Positions 39,329 through 48,965 of a stretch of DNA of 64,000 bases are shown here, piece after piece. Numbering within the stretch: position 1 is the first letter of the stretch; every line of letters starts with the position of its first letter. The stretch comes from Verrucomicrobiota bacterium (GTDB lineage: Bacteria; Verrucomicrobiota; Verrucomicrobiia; Limisphaerales; J093), in NCBI GenBank assembly GCA_016716505.1, contig JADJWF010000002.1:602434-666433 (forward strand), given 5' to 3'. Made by a program: the position numbers and the translations under genes. The notes beneath the pieces are model-generated. The model searched no databases. It was not told where the DNA came from and was given only the letters and a program-made list of their open reading frames with translations.

Positions 39329-39862
39329 ATGCCCGACGGCCACGCCCATGCCATCCGCCCGGCCACGCGGGACGATGTGCCGGCGATCCTCGCCATTTAC
39401 AACCACGCTGTTCTCCACACCACCGCAACGTACGATTACGAACCGCGCACGCTGGAACAGCGGCTGGCTTGGTACGAGGAGCATGTTCGCGACGGGCTGC
39501 CCGTCTTCGTCGCGGTGGACGCGGCGGGCATCGTGGCTGGTTGGAGCTCGTTGAGCCGCTACCACGCCAAGCCGGGGTATCAGTTCACAGCGGAGAACTC
39601 CGTGTATGTGGCGGAGGCACATCGCGGACAGGGGCTGGGCGCCCGGCTCCTGGCGCCGCTGATCGAAGCCGCGCAGCGGCGGGGGCTGCGCGCGATCATC
39701 GCCGTGATTGACTCCGGCAACGAAGCCAGCTTGCGGCTTCATGCCCGCTTTGGTTTTGAACAAGTCGGATACTTCCGACAGATCGGTTACAAGTTCGGTC
39801 GCTGGCTGGACGTGGTGTACTTGGAGCGTCTGCTCGAGCCTTCCGCCAGCCCCGCCGGCTGA
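39329..39862 (+). CDS. GNAT N-acetyltransferase (phosphinothricin/methionine-sulfoximine acetyltransferase-like)
   Basis: IRPATRDDVPAILAIYNHAVLHTTATYDYEP, ENSVYVAEAHRGQGLGARLL. Starts 2 nt after the ribH stop. Confidence 0.85.
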   Translation: MPDGHAHAIRPATRDDVPAILAIYNHAVLHTTATYDYEPRTLEQRLAWYEEHVRDGLPVFVAVDAAGIVAGWSSLSRYHAKPGYQFTAENSVYVAEAHRGQGLGARLLAPLIEAAQRRGLRAIIAVIDSGNEASLRLHARFGFEQVGYFRQIGYKFGRWLDVVYLERLLEPSASPAG

Positions 39863-39868
39863 CGCGCC

Positions 39869-40642
39869 TCACCAGTTCTTCCACGGCGCGCGGCCGCTGT
39901 CCCAGAGCTGGTTCAGGTCCTGCCACTCGCGGAACGTGTCCATGCACTGCCAGAAGTCGAGATGCGCAAAAGCCTCGACCTGTCCTTCGCCGGACAACCG
40001 TTTGAGCGGCTCCTGTTCCAAGATCGAACCGTCGCCTTCCAGGTATTCGCCGATGCGCCGATGCAGCACGAAAAAGCCGCCGTTGATGAACTGGAGTTGC
40101 TGCTTGGGCTTCTCCTTGAACCCCACCACGGACGTACCGGCCAGGGTCAGATCGCCGAAGCGGCCCGGCGGCTTCACGGCGGTCAAGGTGACAATCTTGC
40201 CGTGGCGCTGGTGAAAAGCGATGGACGCGTTGATGTCGCTGTTGGTCAATCCATCACCGTAGGTGAACAGGAAGTTGTCCTCGCGCACGTGGGCGAGGGC
40301 GCGCTTCAGGCGGCCGCCGGTTTGGGTGTTCAGACCCGTATCCAGCAGGGTGACCGTCCAGTCCTCCTCGTCGTGGTGGTTGTGATAGATGATCTTGGGC
40401 TGGCGGCCGAGACGCAGGGTGACATCACTCGTGTTCCACAGGTAGTTGCGAAAGTAATCCTTGATCATCTCGCCCTTGTAGCCCAGGCAGAGGATGAAGT
40501 CCTTGTGCCCGTGACTGGCGTAGAGCTTCATGATGTGCCAGAGAATCGGCCGGCCGCCGATGGGCACCATTGGTTTGGGGCGATACTCCGTTTCCTCGCG
40601 CAAACGGGTCCCCTGACCACCGCAAAGAATCACCACCTGCAT
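39869..40642 (-). CDS. rfbF: Glucose-1-phosphate cytidylyltransferase
   Basis: MQVVILCGGQGTRLREETEYRPKPMVPIGGRPILWHIMK..., GGFFVL. Its stop lies only 6 nt from the convergent GNAT stop. Confidence 0.92.
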   Translation of the reverse strand: MQVVILCGGQGTRLREETEYRPKPMVPIGGRPILWHIMKLYASHGHKDFILCLGYKGEMIKDYFRNYLWNTSDVTLRLGRQPKIIYHNHHDEEDWTVTLLDTGLNTQTGGRLKRALAHVREDNFLFTYGDGLTNSDINASIAFHQRHGKIVTLTAVKPPGRFGDLTLAGTSVVGFKEKPKQQLQFINGGFFVLHRRIGEYLEGDGSILEQEPLKRLSGEGQVEAFAHLDFWQCMDTFREWQDLNQLWDSGRAPWKNW

Positions 40643-40715
40643 AACGGTTTGGGTTCCGAGTTTCGCGACACTGTGGCGAACGACCGAATCGGGTGTCAAC
40701 GGCGCTCCCGTCCGA

Positions 40716-42623
40716 TCACAACGAGAGCAGGTACTCGATCAGGTCGGCAATCTGGTCCGCGGTCAGGTCGGAGGTCCGGCCGTGTTGATCGGCCGGATTC
40801 CGCGTCGTCAGCACCTCCCTCAGCGTCGCCGCCGAGCCGTCGTGCAGGTACGGTGCGGTGCGCCACAACTCGACCAGCGTCGGCGTGTCAAAGCGGTCGT
40901 CCGGCCGGTCGAATGGTCCGCGAGTGCCAACGTCGTGGGACTCAAGGTCCGTGAACAGCGGCGCCGGGTGGCAGGCGGCGCAGTTGGCGCGCTGGAAGAT
41001 TTCCCGGCCGCGCACCGCCGCCGCCGAAAGTTCCCCCTCAACCAACTGCGGGCTGGGCACGGGCTCGAGGGCCTTGAGATACTCATCCATTGCCTCCGCC
41101 ACCGCCTCCGGCTGGACCGTGAAGAGGATGTGGCGCAGGCCGGCGCGCACCGCCATCTCGGCCGTCTCGCGCACCCCGATGCTCATGGCTGGCGGGGTCC
41201 GGTGCGACAGCAGCAGGCTCTTGTTGTTTTTCGGATTGCCGATGCCGTCGTTGAGCAGGTCCCAGTTCAGCGCGTCCACCCGACCATCACCCGGATGGCA
41301 GGACGCGCAGCTCTGCCAGCCTTGAAAACAAATCGTGGCATCATGGAAATAGACCTCGCCGCGGCGAACGATGCTCATCGCAGGTCGCGGCCCCAAGGGC
41401 ACCGATTCCCACCTCGGATGCGCGGCTGCGACGTCCACGGTGGCCAGCGTGTCGGAGAAATAGTTGGCCACCCAGGCGCGCGACCCGATCATCACGACCG
41501 CGCGCGGTCCGCGGTCGGCTGGCGGAAGACCGAAGCGCTGCCGGACGCCGACGAGGAAGGCGAGGTCGTTGGGAACATCTGCCCGGGTTCGGGAGGCCCC
41601 GACGTATTCCGGGCCCGGCCCGGTCGGAGGTGCCGCAGGAACCTTGCCCAGCTTCGCCAGCAGTTCTGGGAACCGCACCACGCTCAGTTCGTGAGTGCCG
41701 GCGTGGGTGACCACCAGCACGCCGCCATCTGCCGACCAGGCGCAGCCCCACGGGTTGGCCGCTCCCCGGTCGGGGCTGTCGAGCAGCACCGTGTTCACGA
41801 TCTCCAGCCGACCGAGGTGGAGGATCGTCTTCGCGTTGGAGTTCATCCAGCCGCGCTCAAGCTGCGTGGTGGGCAGGTGGTGTCGCCCCAGCAGATGGGT
41901 CACCACCGCGTGCTGCCCGTCCGGCGAAATCCGCAAGTCTTGGAGGACCCCGCTGCCATTCGGCAAAAGCAATTCCTTCACGACCTCGCCCCGCGTCGTG
42001 TCAATGACGCTGATGACGGCGGCAACGTAATCCGCGTCGGCCCGCCCGTCGTGCAGATGGTTGGCCACCAGGAGGAAGCGGCCGTCCGGGGTCACGTCGG
42101 CGGCAATCGGCTCGCGTCGGACCTTCACACGTCGCCGCTCACGCCCGCTGGCAGTGTCGAGGAAACTCACGTCGTTATTGAACCGGTTGCACACGTAGAG
42201 CGTGTAGTTGTCGGGGCTCAGAACCGGCGCTCCGGCGGTATGGCCCGCGGAGAACTGGTTCAGGATCGCGTTCTTGGATAAATCCACGACCGCCACCACG
42301 CTCCTTGGCCGCGCGCAGGTCACAAACAGGCGCGACCCATCGGCGGCGAGCGCGAGCCCGGTCGGCGGCGCGGGAAGCGGCACGGAGGCGACCACCGATC
42401 GGGAAGCGACATCGAAGCTCAGCAGTCGCTCGCCCGTCGCGCAGGCGATGTACAACCGTGCGCCATCCGGGCTCGCCACCAGCGCGTTGGGGGAAAGCGG
42501 TGGCCCGGCTACCGTCGCGGGCTCTCCGCCTGCCGCCGTCCAGGACGCGACGGCGAGAGCGACGAAAGACGCGAGGGCAAATCGAGTCCACGCCAGCGCG
42601 AGAAGGATGGAGGGAGGCGGCAT
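40716..42623 (-). CDS. YVTN-type beta-propeller fused to di-haem cytochrome c peroxidase-like domain
   Basis: Propeller repeats (SPDGARLYIAC, AADGSRLFVTC, SPDNYTLYVCN, TPDGRFLLVAN, SPDGQHAVVTH). Two CXXCH sites (CASCH, CAACH). Start at the ATG MPPPSILL. Confidence 0.8.
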   Translation of the reverse strand: MPPPSILLALAWTRFALASFVALAVASWTAAGGEPATVAGPPLSPNALVASPDGARLYIACATGERLLSFDVASRSVVASVPLPAPPTGLALAADGSRLFVTCARPRSVVAVVDLSKNAILNQFSAGHTAGAPVLSPDNYTLYVCNRFNNDVSFLDTASGRERRRVKVRREPIAADVTPDGRFLLVANHLHDGRADADYVAAVISVIDTTRGEVVKELLLPNGSGVLQDLRISPDGQHAVVTHLLGRHHLPTTQLERGWMNSNAKTILHLGRLEIVNTVLLDSPDRGAANPWGCAWSADGGVLVVTHAGTHELSVVRFPELLAKLGKVPAAPPTGPGPEYVGASRTRADVPNDLAFLVGVRQRFGLPPADRGPRAVVMIGSRAWVANYFSDTLATVDVAAAHPRWESVPLGPRPAMSIVRRGEVYFHDATICFQGWQSCASCHPGDGRVDALNWDLLNDGIGNPKNNKSLLLSHRTPPAMSIGVRETAEMAVRAGLRHILFTVQPEAVAEAMDEYLKALEPVPSPQLVEGELSAAAVRGREIFQRANCAACHPAPLFTDLESHDVGTRGPFDRPDDRFDTPTLVELWRTAPYLHDGSAATLREVLTTRNPADQHGRTSDLTADQIADLIEYLLSL

Positions 42624-42760
42624 GACGACCGGAAGTTTGGCCGTACTGCGCGGCACGGACAATCAGAAAGCCCGCCGCGAATCGTTTGCCCCTCTGGAGG
42701 CGGGGTTACGCTACCCGATGGCCTCGCCACCGCTGCGCGGTTCAGGTAGGCTTGGACCCA

Positions 42761-43396
42761 ATGAGCGCGACGCAGCAGACCGCCCCGGCTGGGGCGGAAC
42801 CCGGGTCACCCCATCCACCGCCCGCCCGGCTTGGCCTGTTCGGCGGCTCGTTTGATCCGGTCCACCTGGGGCACCTGCTGGTGGCACAGGCGGCGCAGGA
42901 GGAGTTCGGGCTGGATCGCGTTTATTTCATCCCGGCGGCCCAATCGCCTTTCAAGCCCGCCTCGCCGCCAGCGCCAGCGCCGCAACGGCTACGGTTGCTC
43001 CGACTGGCACTGGCCGGTCGGCCGGCTTGGGAAGTGGATGACCGGGAGATCCGCCGCGCCGGGGTTTCCTTCACCATCGAGACCGCCCGGGAATACGCCG
43101 CGCAGCACCCCGGCGCCCGGCTGTTCTACTTGATTGGCGCCGACCACGTGCCCTCGTTGCCCCAATGGCGCGAAGCCGAAGCCCTGGCCCACTTGGTGGA
43201 GTTTCTGGTCATTCCGCGCCCGGGGGAATCGCCGGCGCCGTTGCCGGCTCCGTTCCAACTGCGGACCCTGCGCGGTTTTCCCCTCGGTGTGTCGTCATCC
43301 GAAATCCGCGCCCGCGTGCGCGCGGGGCGCCCCATTGACCTGCTGGTGCCGGGTCCGGTGGCGGAGGCGATCCGCAATAATCGGCTTTATCTCTGA
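42761..43396 (+). CDS. nadD: Nicotinate-nucleotide adenylyltransferase
   Basis: LGLFGGSFDPVHLGHL, FIPAAQSPFKP, SSSEIR. Confidence 0.9.
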   Translation: MSATQQTAPAGAEPGSPHPPPARLGLFGGSFDPVHLGHLLVAQAAQEEFGLDRVYFIPAAQSPFKPASPPAPAPQRLRLLRLALAGRPAWEVDDREIRRAGVSFTIETAREYAAQHPGARLFYLIGADHVPSLPQWREAEALAHLVEFLVIPRPGESPAPLPAPFQLRTLRGFPLGVSSSEIRARVRAGRPIDLLVPGPVAEAIRNNRLYL

Positions 43397-43424
43397 ACGC
43401 GGCTGCCGCAAAATCCCGGCAACG

Positions 43425-43814
43425 ATGGATTCACGAAAGCTCGCCCTCCGATGCCGCGAACTCGCGGACGACAAGAAAGCGGAGAACCTCGTCATCCTCG
43501 ACCTGCGCAAGCTGTCCACCGTGGCCGATTACTTCGTCATTGCGAGCGGCACCAGCGAACCCCATTTGCGGGCGATCGTGGACGAAATCGAGGAAAAGAT
43601 TCGCGCCGAGGCGGGGCTCCGGCCGCGCGCCACCGATGGGACGGTGAAAACCAACTGGGTGGTGCTGGACTACTTTGACGTGGTGGTCCACGTAATGCGC
43701 CCGGATGTTCGGGAGTTCTACGATCTCGAGGGCTTGTGGAACGACGCGCCGCGCGTCCGCGGGCGACGAACGGCCGCAGCACCCCGCAAGAAGGTCCGCC
43801 CAGCCGCCGCCTGA
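43425..43814 (+). CDS. rsfS: Ribosome silencing factor
   Basis: KAENLVILDLRKLSTVADYFVIASGTSEPHLRAIVDEI, WVVLDYFDVVVHVMRPDVREFYDLEGLW. Conserved nadD-rsfS order. Confidence 0.9.
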   Translation: MDSRKLALRCRELADDKKAENLVILDLRKLSTVADYFVIASGTSEPHLRAIVDEIEEKIRAEAGLRPRATDGTVKTNWVVLDYFDVVVHVMRPDVREFYDLEGLWNDAPRVRGRRTAAAPRKKVRPAAA

Positions 43815-43827
43815 TCGGTCAGGGAAA

Positions 43828-44124
43828 CTACACCGCTGCCGGCGCCGGGCTTTCCTCGCGCGCTCGGAGGGCGATGGCTTCCAAAGCCTCGCCAAATTCC
43901 CTCAAACCCGGTGCGGGAACAATGATGGCGTCACGACGCCCGCCGACATCTTCTGTAATCCGGAGGAAACGGCCGCGGGAATTCTCGCGCAGCGAAAAGA
44001 CGAAGACCTTGCGTTCAATCTGAATCTTCTCCGTGTGGAGAATCCGCTCCTCGCTGTGAGGCCGTCCAGCCAGCGGTGTTCCCGGGTCGGGAGCGCTGGC
44101 GTCGCGGTATTCGTGATCGGTCAT
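43828..44124 (-). CDS. PUR-alpha-like (DUF3276) nucleic-acid-binding protein, tentative
   Basis: ILHTEKIQIERKVFVFSLRENSRGRFLRITEDVGGRRDAIIVPAPGLREFGEAL fits the PUR-repeat pattern (beta-strands plus helix). Confidence 0.55.
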   Translation of the reverse strand: MTDHEYRDASAPDPGTPLAGRPHSEERILHTEKIQIERKVFVFSLRENSRGRFLRITEDVGGRRDAIIVPAPGLREFGEALEAIALRAREESPAPAAV

Positions 44125-44380
44125 AAGTCGCTCTCGCTTTGGTGACTGGCCAAGGGCCTGAAATTACTGGTTTGCCAGAAACTGCGGCTTGTCAAAGGAC
44201 ATTTTGTGATCGCCGCTCTCCGCAATCCCGCGCCGTGCAAGTCGCCACGGCGGCGAAAAAAAACGCGACACGAGTCGCGACCACGCTGGTCCAATGATTC
44301 GTGAGTTACAAACCGCGGGAATTCTCCCTGACAGCAACGGCAGCGAAGAGTATCAGCGTCGTGCCTGTCGCTTACCGATC

Positions 44381-46072
44381 ATGAAAACCACTCGAGCCCT
44401 GTTTCCCCTGACCCAAGCCCTTGGCTGCGGCGCTTTGATGGCGCTCGCGCAGGAGGCTGCCCCGCAAGCCCTCCTTGCGTCCGCCGAGCCCACCGTGTTT
44501 CGCGAGGTCACGGCGAAACTCGACGCCGGGGGCAGTCTCTATGCCTACCTCTCGACGGACCAGTTCCTCGGCAACCTCAGCGAAAAAGTCGGGGCGCTTC
44601 GGGAATTTGTCCTGAGCCTGCCCGACCTCGGCGTGGAAGAACGGCAGAGAGTTGACCACGCGTTCGCCGCCATCCAAAACCTCGCGCGGCGCAGCGGCGT
44701 GGAGGGGGTCTCCGGAATCGGATTCAGCGGCATCGCCCTGGAAAAGGGCTTCTACCGCACGCGCGTCGTGGCCCAACGGGCGGCCGGCGCGGAGGGTTAC
44801 CTGTGGCAGTGGTTCGGCACCAAGCCCCATCCGCTCGCTGCGCTGGACATTCTCCCGGCGGACACGGCGTGGGCGGGCTTTGGCGACCTGGATCTGAAGG
44901 CCGTCTGGGATGCGTTCCTGCGGCTGGCGGATGACGCCCAGCTCGCTCCCCTGGCCGAGGGCCTGCGGGAGCTCTCGTCCAACATCCGCCAGGCCTCGGG
45001 GCGTTCGCTCGAGGAACACTTGTCTTCGTACGGCGGCGAACTGGGCATCGCCCTGACGCTGGACGCGAGGCGGAAGTTCAGTTTCGAGGCGGATGGGCTC
45101 GAGTTGCAGGACCTGCCGGAGCCGGCGTTGCTGATCGCCCTGAAGGTCCGGGACGACACACTGTACGACTGGCTGGACGCGGCCATCAGTCAGAATCCCC
45201 AATCCACCAGTGGCCGGACCGACACGGCCCGCTGGCGCTCGCTCAACGTGCCGGCGCCGGTACCGTTCGCCGTGCGGCCGACGGTGGCGCGCGTGGGTGA
45301 GTATCTGTTGGTCGCCTTGAACGATCAACTGATCGAGCGGGCGGACCAGGTTCGGAGCGGCAAGCAACCCGGTCTCAAGTCCTCGGCCGAGTGGCAGCGC
45401 CTGGCCAAAGGCCTGCCGGCCGAAGGAAACAGCTTCAGCTTTGTGAGCGCGCGTTTTGGGGAAACGCTCCTGCAGGTACAGCAGGCGGTGTTGAGACAGG
45501 CCGCAGCCCAGAGCGGCGGGCCGGTGCCCGATTTCGCGGGTCTGCAGAAAGTCTTTGGCTGGTCCACCACGGCGGCTTCTTACGCGGTGGGCTGGACGGA
45601 TGCCACGGGTTCGCAAGTGGTCAGTCAGGGGACCCAGGAGCCGGCCGCGGTGTTGGTCAGCTCGGCAGTCGTGGCCCCCACCGCCGTCATGGCCGGCATG
45701 CTTCTGCCCGCGCTCAGCAAAGCCAGGGAGCGCGCCCAGCAGATCAACTGCATGAACCACCTCAAGCAGATCGCTCTGGGCATGCACATTTACGCCAACG
45801 ATCACGATGACACGCTGCCGAACGACTTCGCCGCCCTGAAACCGTATCTCGGCGATGATGCCCGCATCCTCGTCTGCCCGCTGGACACCGCGAAACAGGG
45901 GCTGCGTCTCTCCTGGGACGACGTGGCAGCCGGCCGCACCAGCTACGAATTCCTCAAGCCGGGATTGAAGATGGCGGACGAATCCAATCCGGCGCAGACC
46001 GTGATCGTGCGCTGCCGTCTTCATCCGCAGGCGGCCTTTCTGGACGGTCACGTGGAACGTGAGGCGCGCTGA
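44381..46072 (+). CDS. Secreted protein: about 430-aa N-terminal domain of unknown function fused to a pseudopilin-like (H-X9-DG/DUF1559-type) C-terminal module lacking the prepilin cleavage motif
   Basis: Signal peptide MKTTRALFPLTQALGCGALMALA. C-terminus AVVAPTAVMAGMLLPALSKARERAQQINCMNHLKQIALGMHIYANDHDD...AAFLDGHVE parallels 15070..15894 except that GFTLIE is absent. Confidence 0.65.
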   Translation: MKTTRALFPLTQALGCGALMALAQEAAPQALLASAEPTVFREVTAKLDAGGSLYAYLSTDQFLGNLSEKVGALREFVLSLPDLGVEERQRVDHAFAAIQNLARRSGVEGVSGIGFSGIALEKGFYRTRVVAQRAAGAEGYLWQWFGTKPHPLAALDILPADTAWAGFGDLDLKAVWDAFLRLADDAQLAPLAEGLRELSSNIRQASGRSLEEHLSSYGGELGIALTLDARRKFSFEADGLELQDLPEPALLIALKVRDDTLYDWLDAAISQNPQSTSGRTDTARWRSLNVPAPVPFAVRPTVARVGEYLLVALNDQLIERADQVRSGKQPGLKSSAEWQRLAKGLPAEGNSFSFVSARFGETLLQVQQAVLRQAAAQSGGPVPDFAGLQKVFGWSTTAASYAVGWTDATGSQVVSQGTQEPAAVLVSSAVVAPTAVMAGMLLPALSKARERAQQINCMNHLKQIALGMHIYANDHDDTLPNDFAALKPYLGDDARILVCPLDTAKQGLRLSWDDVAAGRTSYEFLKPGLKMADESNPAQTVIVRCRLHPQAAFLDGHVEREAR

Positions 46073-46594
46073 GTTCGTTCGAGCCTTGAGCGAAATCGCG
46101 GGAGCGGAGGCACCCGGGAACCACACCCGCGCGGGCCGTTGGCTCGACGGGGTAGCTTCTATTTCGGGCGGTCTCGCCGAGGCGGCTGGCACCCGACACC
46201 TTGGCGATCTGCCGGTCGCGGTTTCCACCGAGACGAACCGATGGACTGCCGTCTGAAGCCCCTCGGCGCAGTGGAAAAACTTGACGCTACCGCCACCGCG
46301 TCCCGGTTGTTCCGCCACGCCTATCCCAGTCGAGCTTGGCCGATTCGCGGCCGCGCCTGCGCAAGTGTTGCGCGCAGCAATCTGCCAGCAAGACGGAGAT
46401 TTTGCATACCGGCCGCCACCTCTTGTGCAGCCGGCCGTTGGGAAAGGCAGATGGGCAGGATGCGAGCGCGAAATGCTTCGTCCGCGCCGAATTGCGATGT
46501 AACTTGTCCAGCGGCTGGCTCGTCTCTGTTGACCGTGGCCCGGAGTGGGTCATTCGCAGTTACGATAGAACAACATCCAACACACAGAGACAAA

Positions 46595-47152
46595 ATGAGA
46601 CTCAACATTCGAACGGGAGTGCTGGCTTTGACGCTGGCAGGATTCATGGCGAGCACCGGCCTGGCGCTGGCGCAACAGGGCGGCGGTCCGGGCGGCCAGG
46701 GCCAGCGCGGCCAACGCGGGAACTTCGATCCCGCTCAGATGCAGCAACGCATGATGGAGCGGTATCGCGAACAACTCGGAATCACGAATGAAGACGAGTG
46801 GAAGGCCATCGAGCCGTTGATCGCCAAGGTCAATGAAGCCCGTCGCGAGGTCGGTTTCGGCGCGATGGGCCGGGGCATGATGGGGCGGCCCGGCGGTCCG
46901 GGAGGTCCGGGTGGCGACCAAGCCCAAGGTGCCCGCCGTGCCTTCGGCGGTGAACCCATGCCGGAACTCGACGCTCTCCAGCGCGCGGTGGAATCCAACG
47001 CCTCCGCCGCCGACATCAAGGCCGCCCTCGCGAAGTACCGTGATGCGCGGAAAGCCAAGGAGGCGAACCTGGCCGCAGCGCAGGACAATCTACGAAAGGT
47101 CCTGACCGCGAAGCAGGAGGCCCAGGCGGTCCTCATGGGCCTGCTGAATTAG
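46595..47152 (+). CDS. Periplasmic low-complexity protein with LTXXQ motif (Spy/CpxP-like, tentative)
   Basis: Signal peptide MRLNIRTGVLALTLAGFMASTGLALA, G/Q/P-rich stretches, C-terminal KVLTAKQEAQAV. Lies 27 nt upstream of the ATPase gene. Confidence 0.55.
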   Translation: MRLNIRTGVLALTLAGFMASTGLALAQQGGGPGGQGQRGQRGNFDPAQMQQRMMERYREQLGITNEDEWKAIEPLIAKVNEARREVGFGAMGRGMMGRPGGPGGPGGDQAQGARRAFGGEPMPELDALQRAVESNASAADIKAALAKYRDARKAKEANLAAAQDNLRKVLTAKQEAQAVLMGLLN

Positions 47153-47179
47153 TCCGGCCGCCGGCCACCTCGAGCGATC

Positions 47180-48945
47180 ATGAAGGACCCCGCCGTGGCA
47201 GACGCGCCCCTCCCGGACCTGCTCCAGCGAATGCTTGCCGCCCGGCAGGTGTCGCTCGCGGATGCCCGGGCGCTGGCTCGTCGCGCGGAGACAACGGGCA
47301 CGCCGCTCCCCGAGACCGAGGAGGGTGTCCTCCGGTGGTTGGCTCAGGAATACAATGTTCCATTCACCTCCCTCGATGACGTGGAACCGGACCGGGAAGT
47401 GCTTTCGCTCTTTCCTGCCCGGCTGTTGTTGAAGGACGAGCTACTGCCCCTGCGCCGCGTTAACGGCAGCGTGGAAGTCGCCACGAGCCGCTTGTTCGCG
47501 ACGCAGGGGCTGGACGCTTTGCGCAGCCTCACGGGGCTGCGCTTGCGGCCCGTGCTGGCGCCCTCCGAAGCGATCCAGCGCGAGATGAAGAAGCGCCTCG
47601 GCGTGGGCGCGGACACCATTGACACGCTCGATGAAGAGGCGCCGCTCCAGGTGGTGGATGAGGACCGGGACGAGGGGGCCAACCTCGACGAGGCAGCCGA
47701 GGACGCTTCGATCATCCGGTTCGTGAACCAGGTTCTCCGCGACGCCATCGAGTTGCGCGCCTCGGACATCCATCTCGAGCCGTTTGAGGACGAGTTCCGC
47801 ATCCGCTACCGCATTGACGGTGTGCTGCAGGACGTGCCGGTGCCGGCGCAGTTGAAGCGGTTTCAGCCGGCGATCGTGTCGCGCGTCAAAATCCTCAGCC
47901 ATCTCAACATTGCAGAGAAACGGCTGCCGCAGGACGGGCGCATCAAGGTCCGCATTGACGACGCCGAGGTGGACATCCGCGTGTCCGTGATCCCCATGCT
48001 GCACGGGGAGGCCGTGGTGATGCGCTTGCTGCGGCAGAACGCCACCCTGCTGGGCATGCAGGAACTGGGGATGGACACCCGCGAGTTGAACTGTTTCCGG
48101 CGCGTGCTCCAGCTCCCGCACGGCATCATCCTCGTCACCGGCCCGACCGGCAGCGGCAAGACCTCGACGCTGTACACCGCGTTGCAGGAGATCAATGACT
48201 CCGACCGAAAGATCATCACCATCGAGGACCCGGTCGAGTACCAGCTCAAGGGCGTCAACCAGATTCAAGTCTCCGAGAAGGCGGGGCTGACCTTCGCGCG
48301 CGGTCTGCGGTCCATCCTGCGCCACGACCCGGATGTGATTCTCGTCGGTGAAATCCGCGACAAGGAGACCGCGCAGATCGCGGTGCAGGCTTCGCTCACC
48401 GGCCACCTCGTCTTCTCCACCCTGCACACCAACGACGCGCCGGGCGCGCTGACGCGGTTGGTGGACATGGGAGTGGAGCCTTACCTGGTCGCCTCCTCGC
48501 TGGAAGCGGTCCTCGCCCAACGGCTGGTGCGGACGCTGTGCGAACGGTGCAAGGCGGTGGACAACTCCCCACGGCGGCCGAGTTGAAACGTCAGCTCGGA
48601 ATTCCCGCCGATACGGTCATCTACCGTTCGGTCGGTTGTCGCGAGTGCCGGAATACCGGCTTTTACGGCCGACGCGCGATTTTTGAATGGATGGACAGCG
48701 ATCACGAAATCCGCCAGCTCGTGCTGCGGAACGGGTCCTCCGACCAGATTCGGGACGCGGCCCGGCGCGCCGGCATGAAGACCCTTGCTGAAGACGGCTG
48801 GCGCCTGGTGCGGTTGGGCGTAACCACCGTGGAGGAAGTGCTCAGCGTCACGACGGCCAAGGAGGTCTCGCTGTCCACCAACGGCAAGTCGGCGGCGAAC
48901 GGGGACGCCCCGTCGCCGGCCAGCCTCGTCTTGAATGAGGGCTGA
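47180..48945 (+). pseudogene. gspE: GspE-family type II secretion ATPase; frame broken at the C-run 48567-48570
   Basis: ORF 47180..48586 carries T2SSE_N, Walker A GPTGSGKTSTLY, DPDVILVGEIRD, TGHLVFSTLHTND and CERCK. ORF 48538..48945 carries the rest (PTAAELKRQLGIP...CRECRNTGFYGRRAIFEWM...TTVEEVLSVT). One extra C would restore ...KAVDNSPTAAELK... Confidence 0.85.
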
Positions 48946-48965
48946 GACTCCCGGGGGCTTCCCAG

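Noticed and set aside
46187-46202. TGGCAC motif as a sigma-54 -24 element upstream of the secretion operon
   Set aside because: No TTGC/GC element occurs at the required spacing (the sequence reads TGGCACCCGACACCTT). Other GG-N10-GC candidates near 46510-46560 also fail.
48560-48575. Programmed ribosomal frameshifting at the three indel sites (also 25773-25778 and 29481-29487)
   Set aside because: There is no X-XXY-YYZ slippery heptamer, no obvious downstream stimulatory structure, and the gene families have no known recoding. Simple indels at homopolymers are the more economical explanation.
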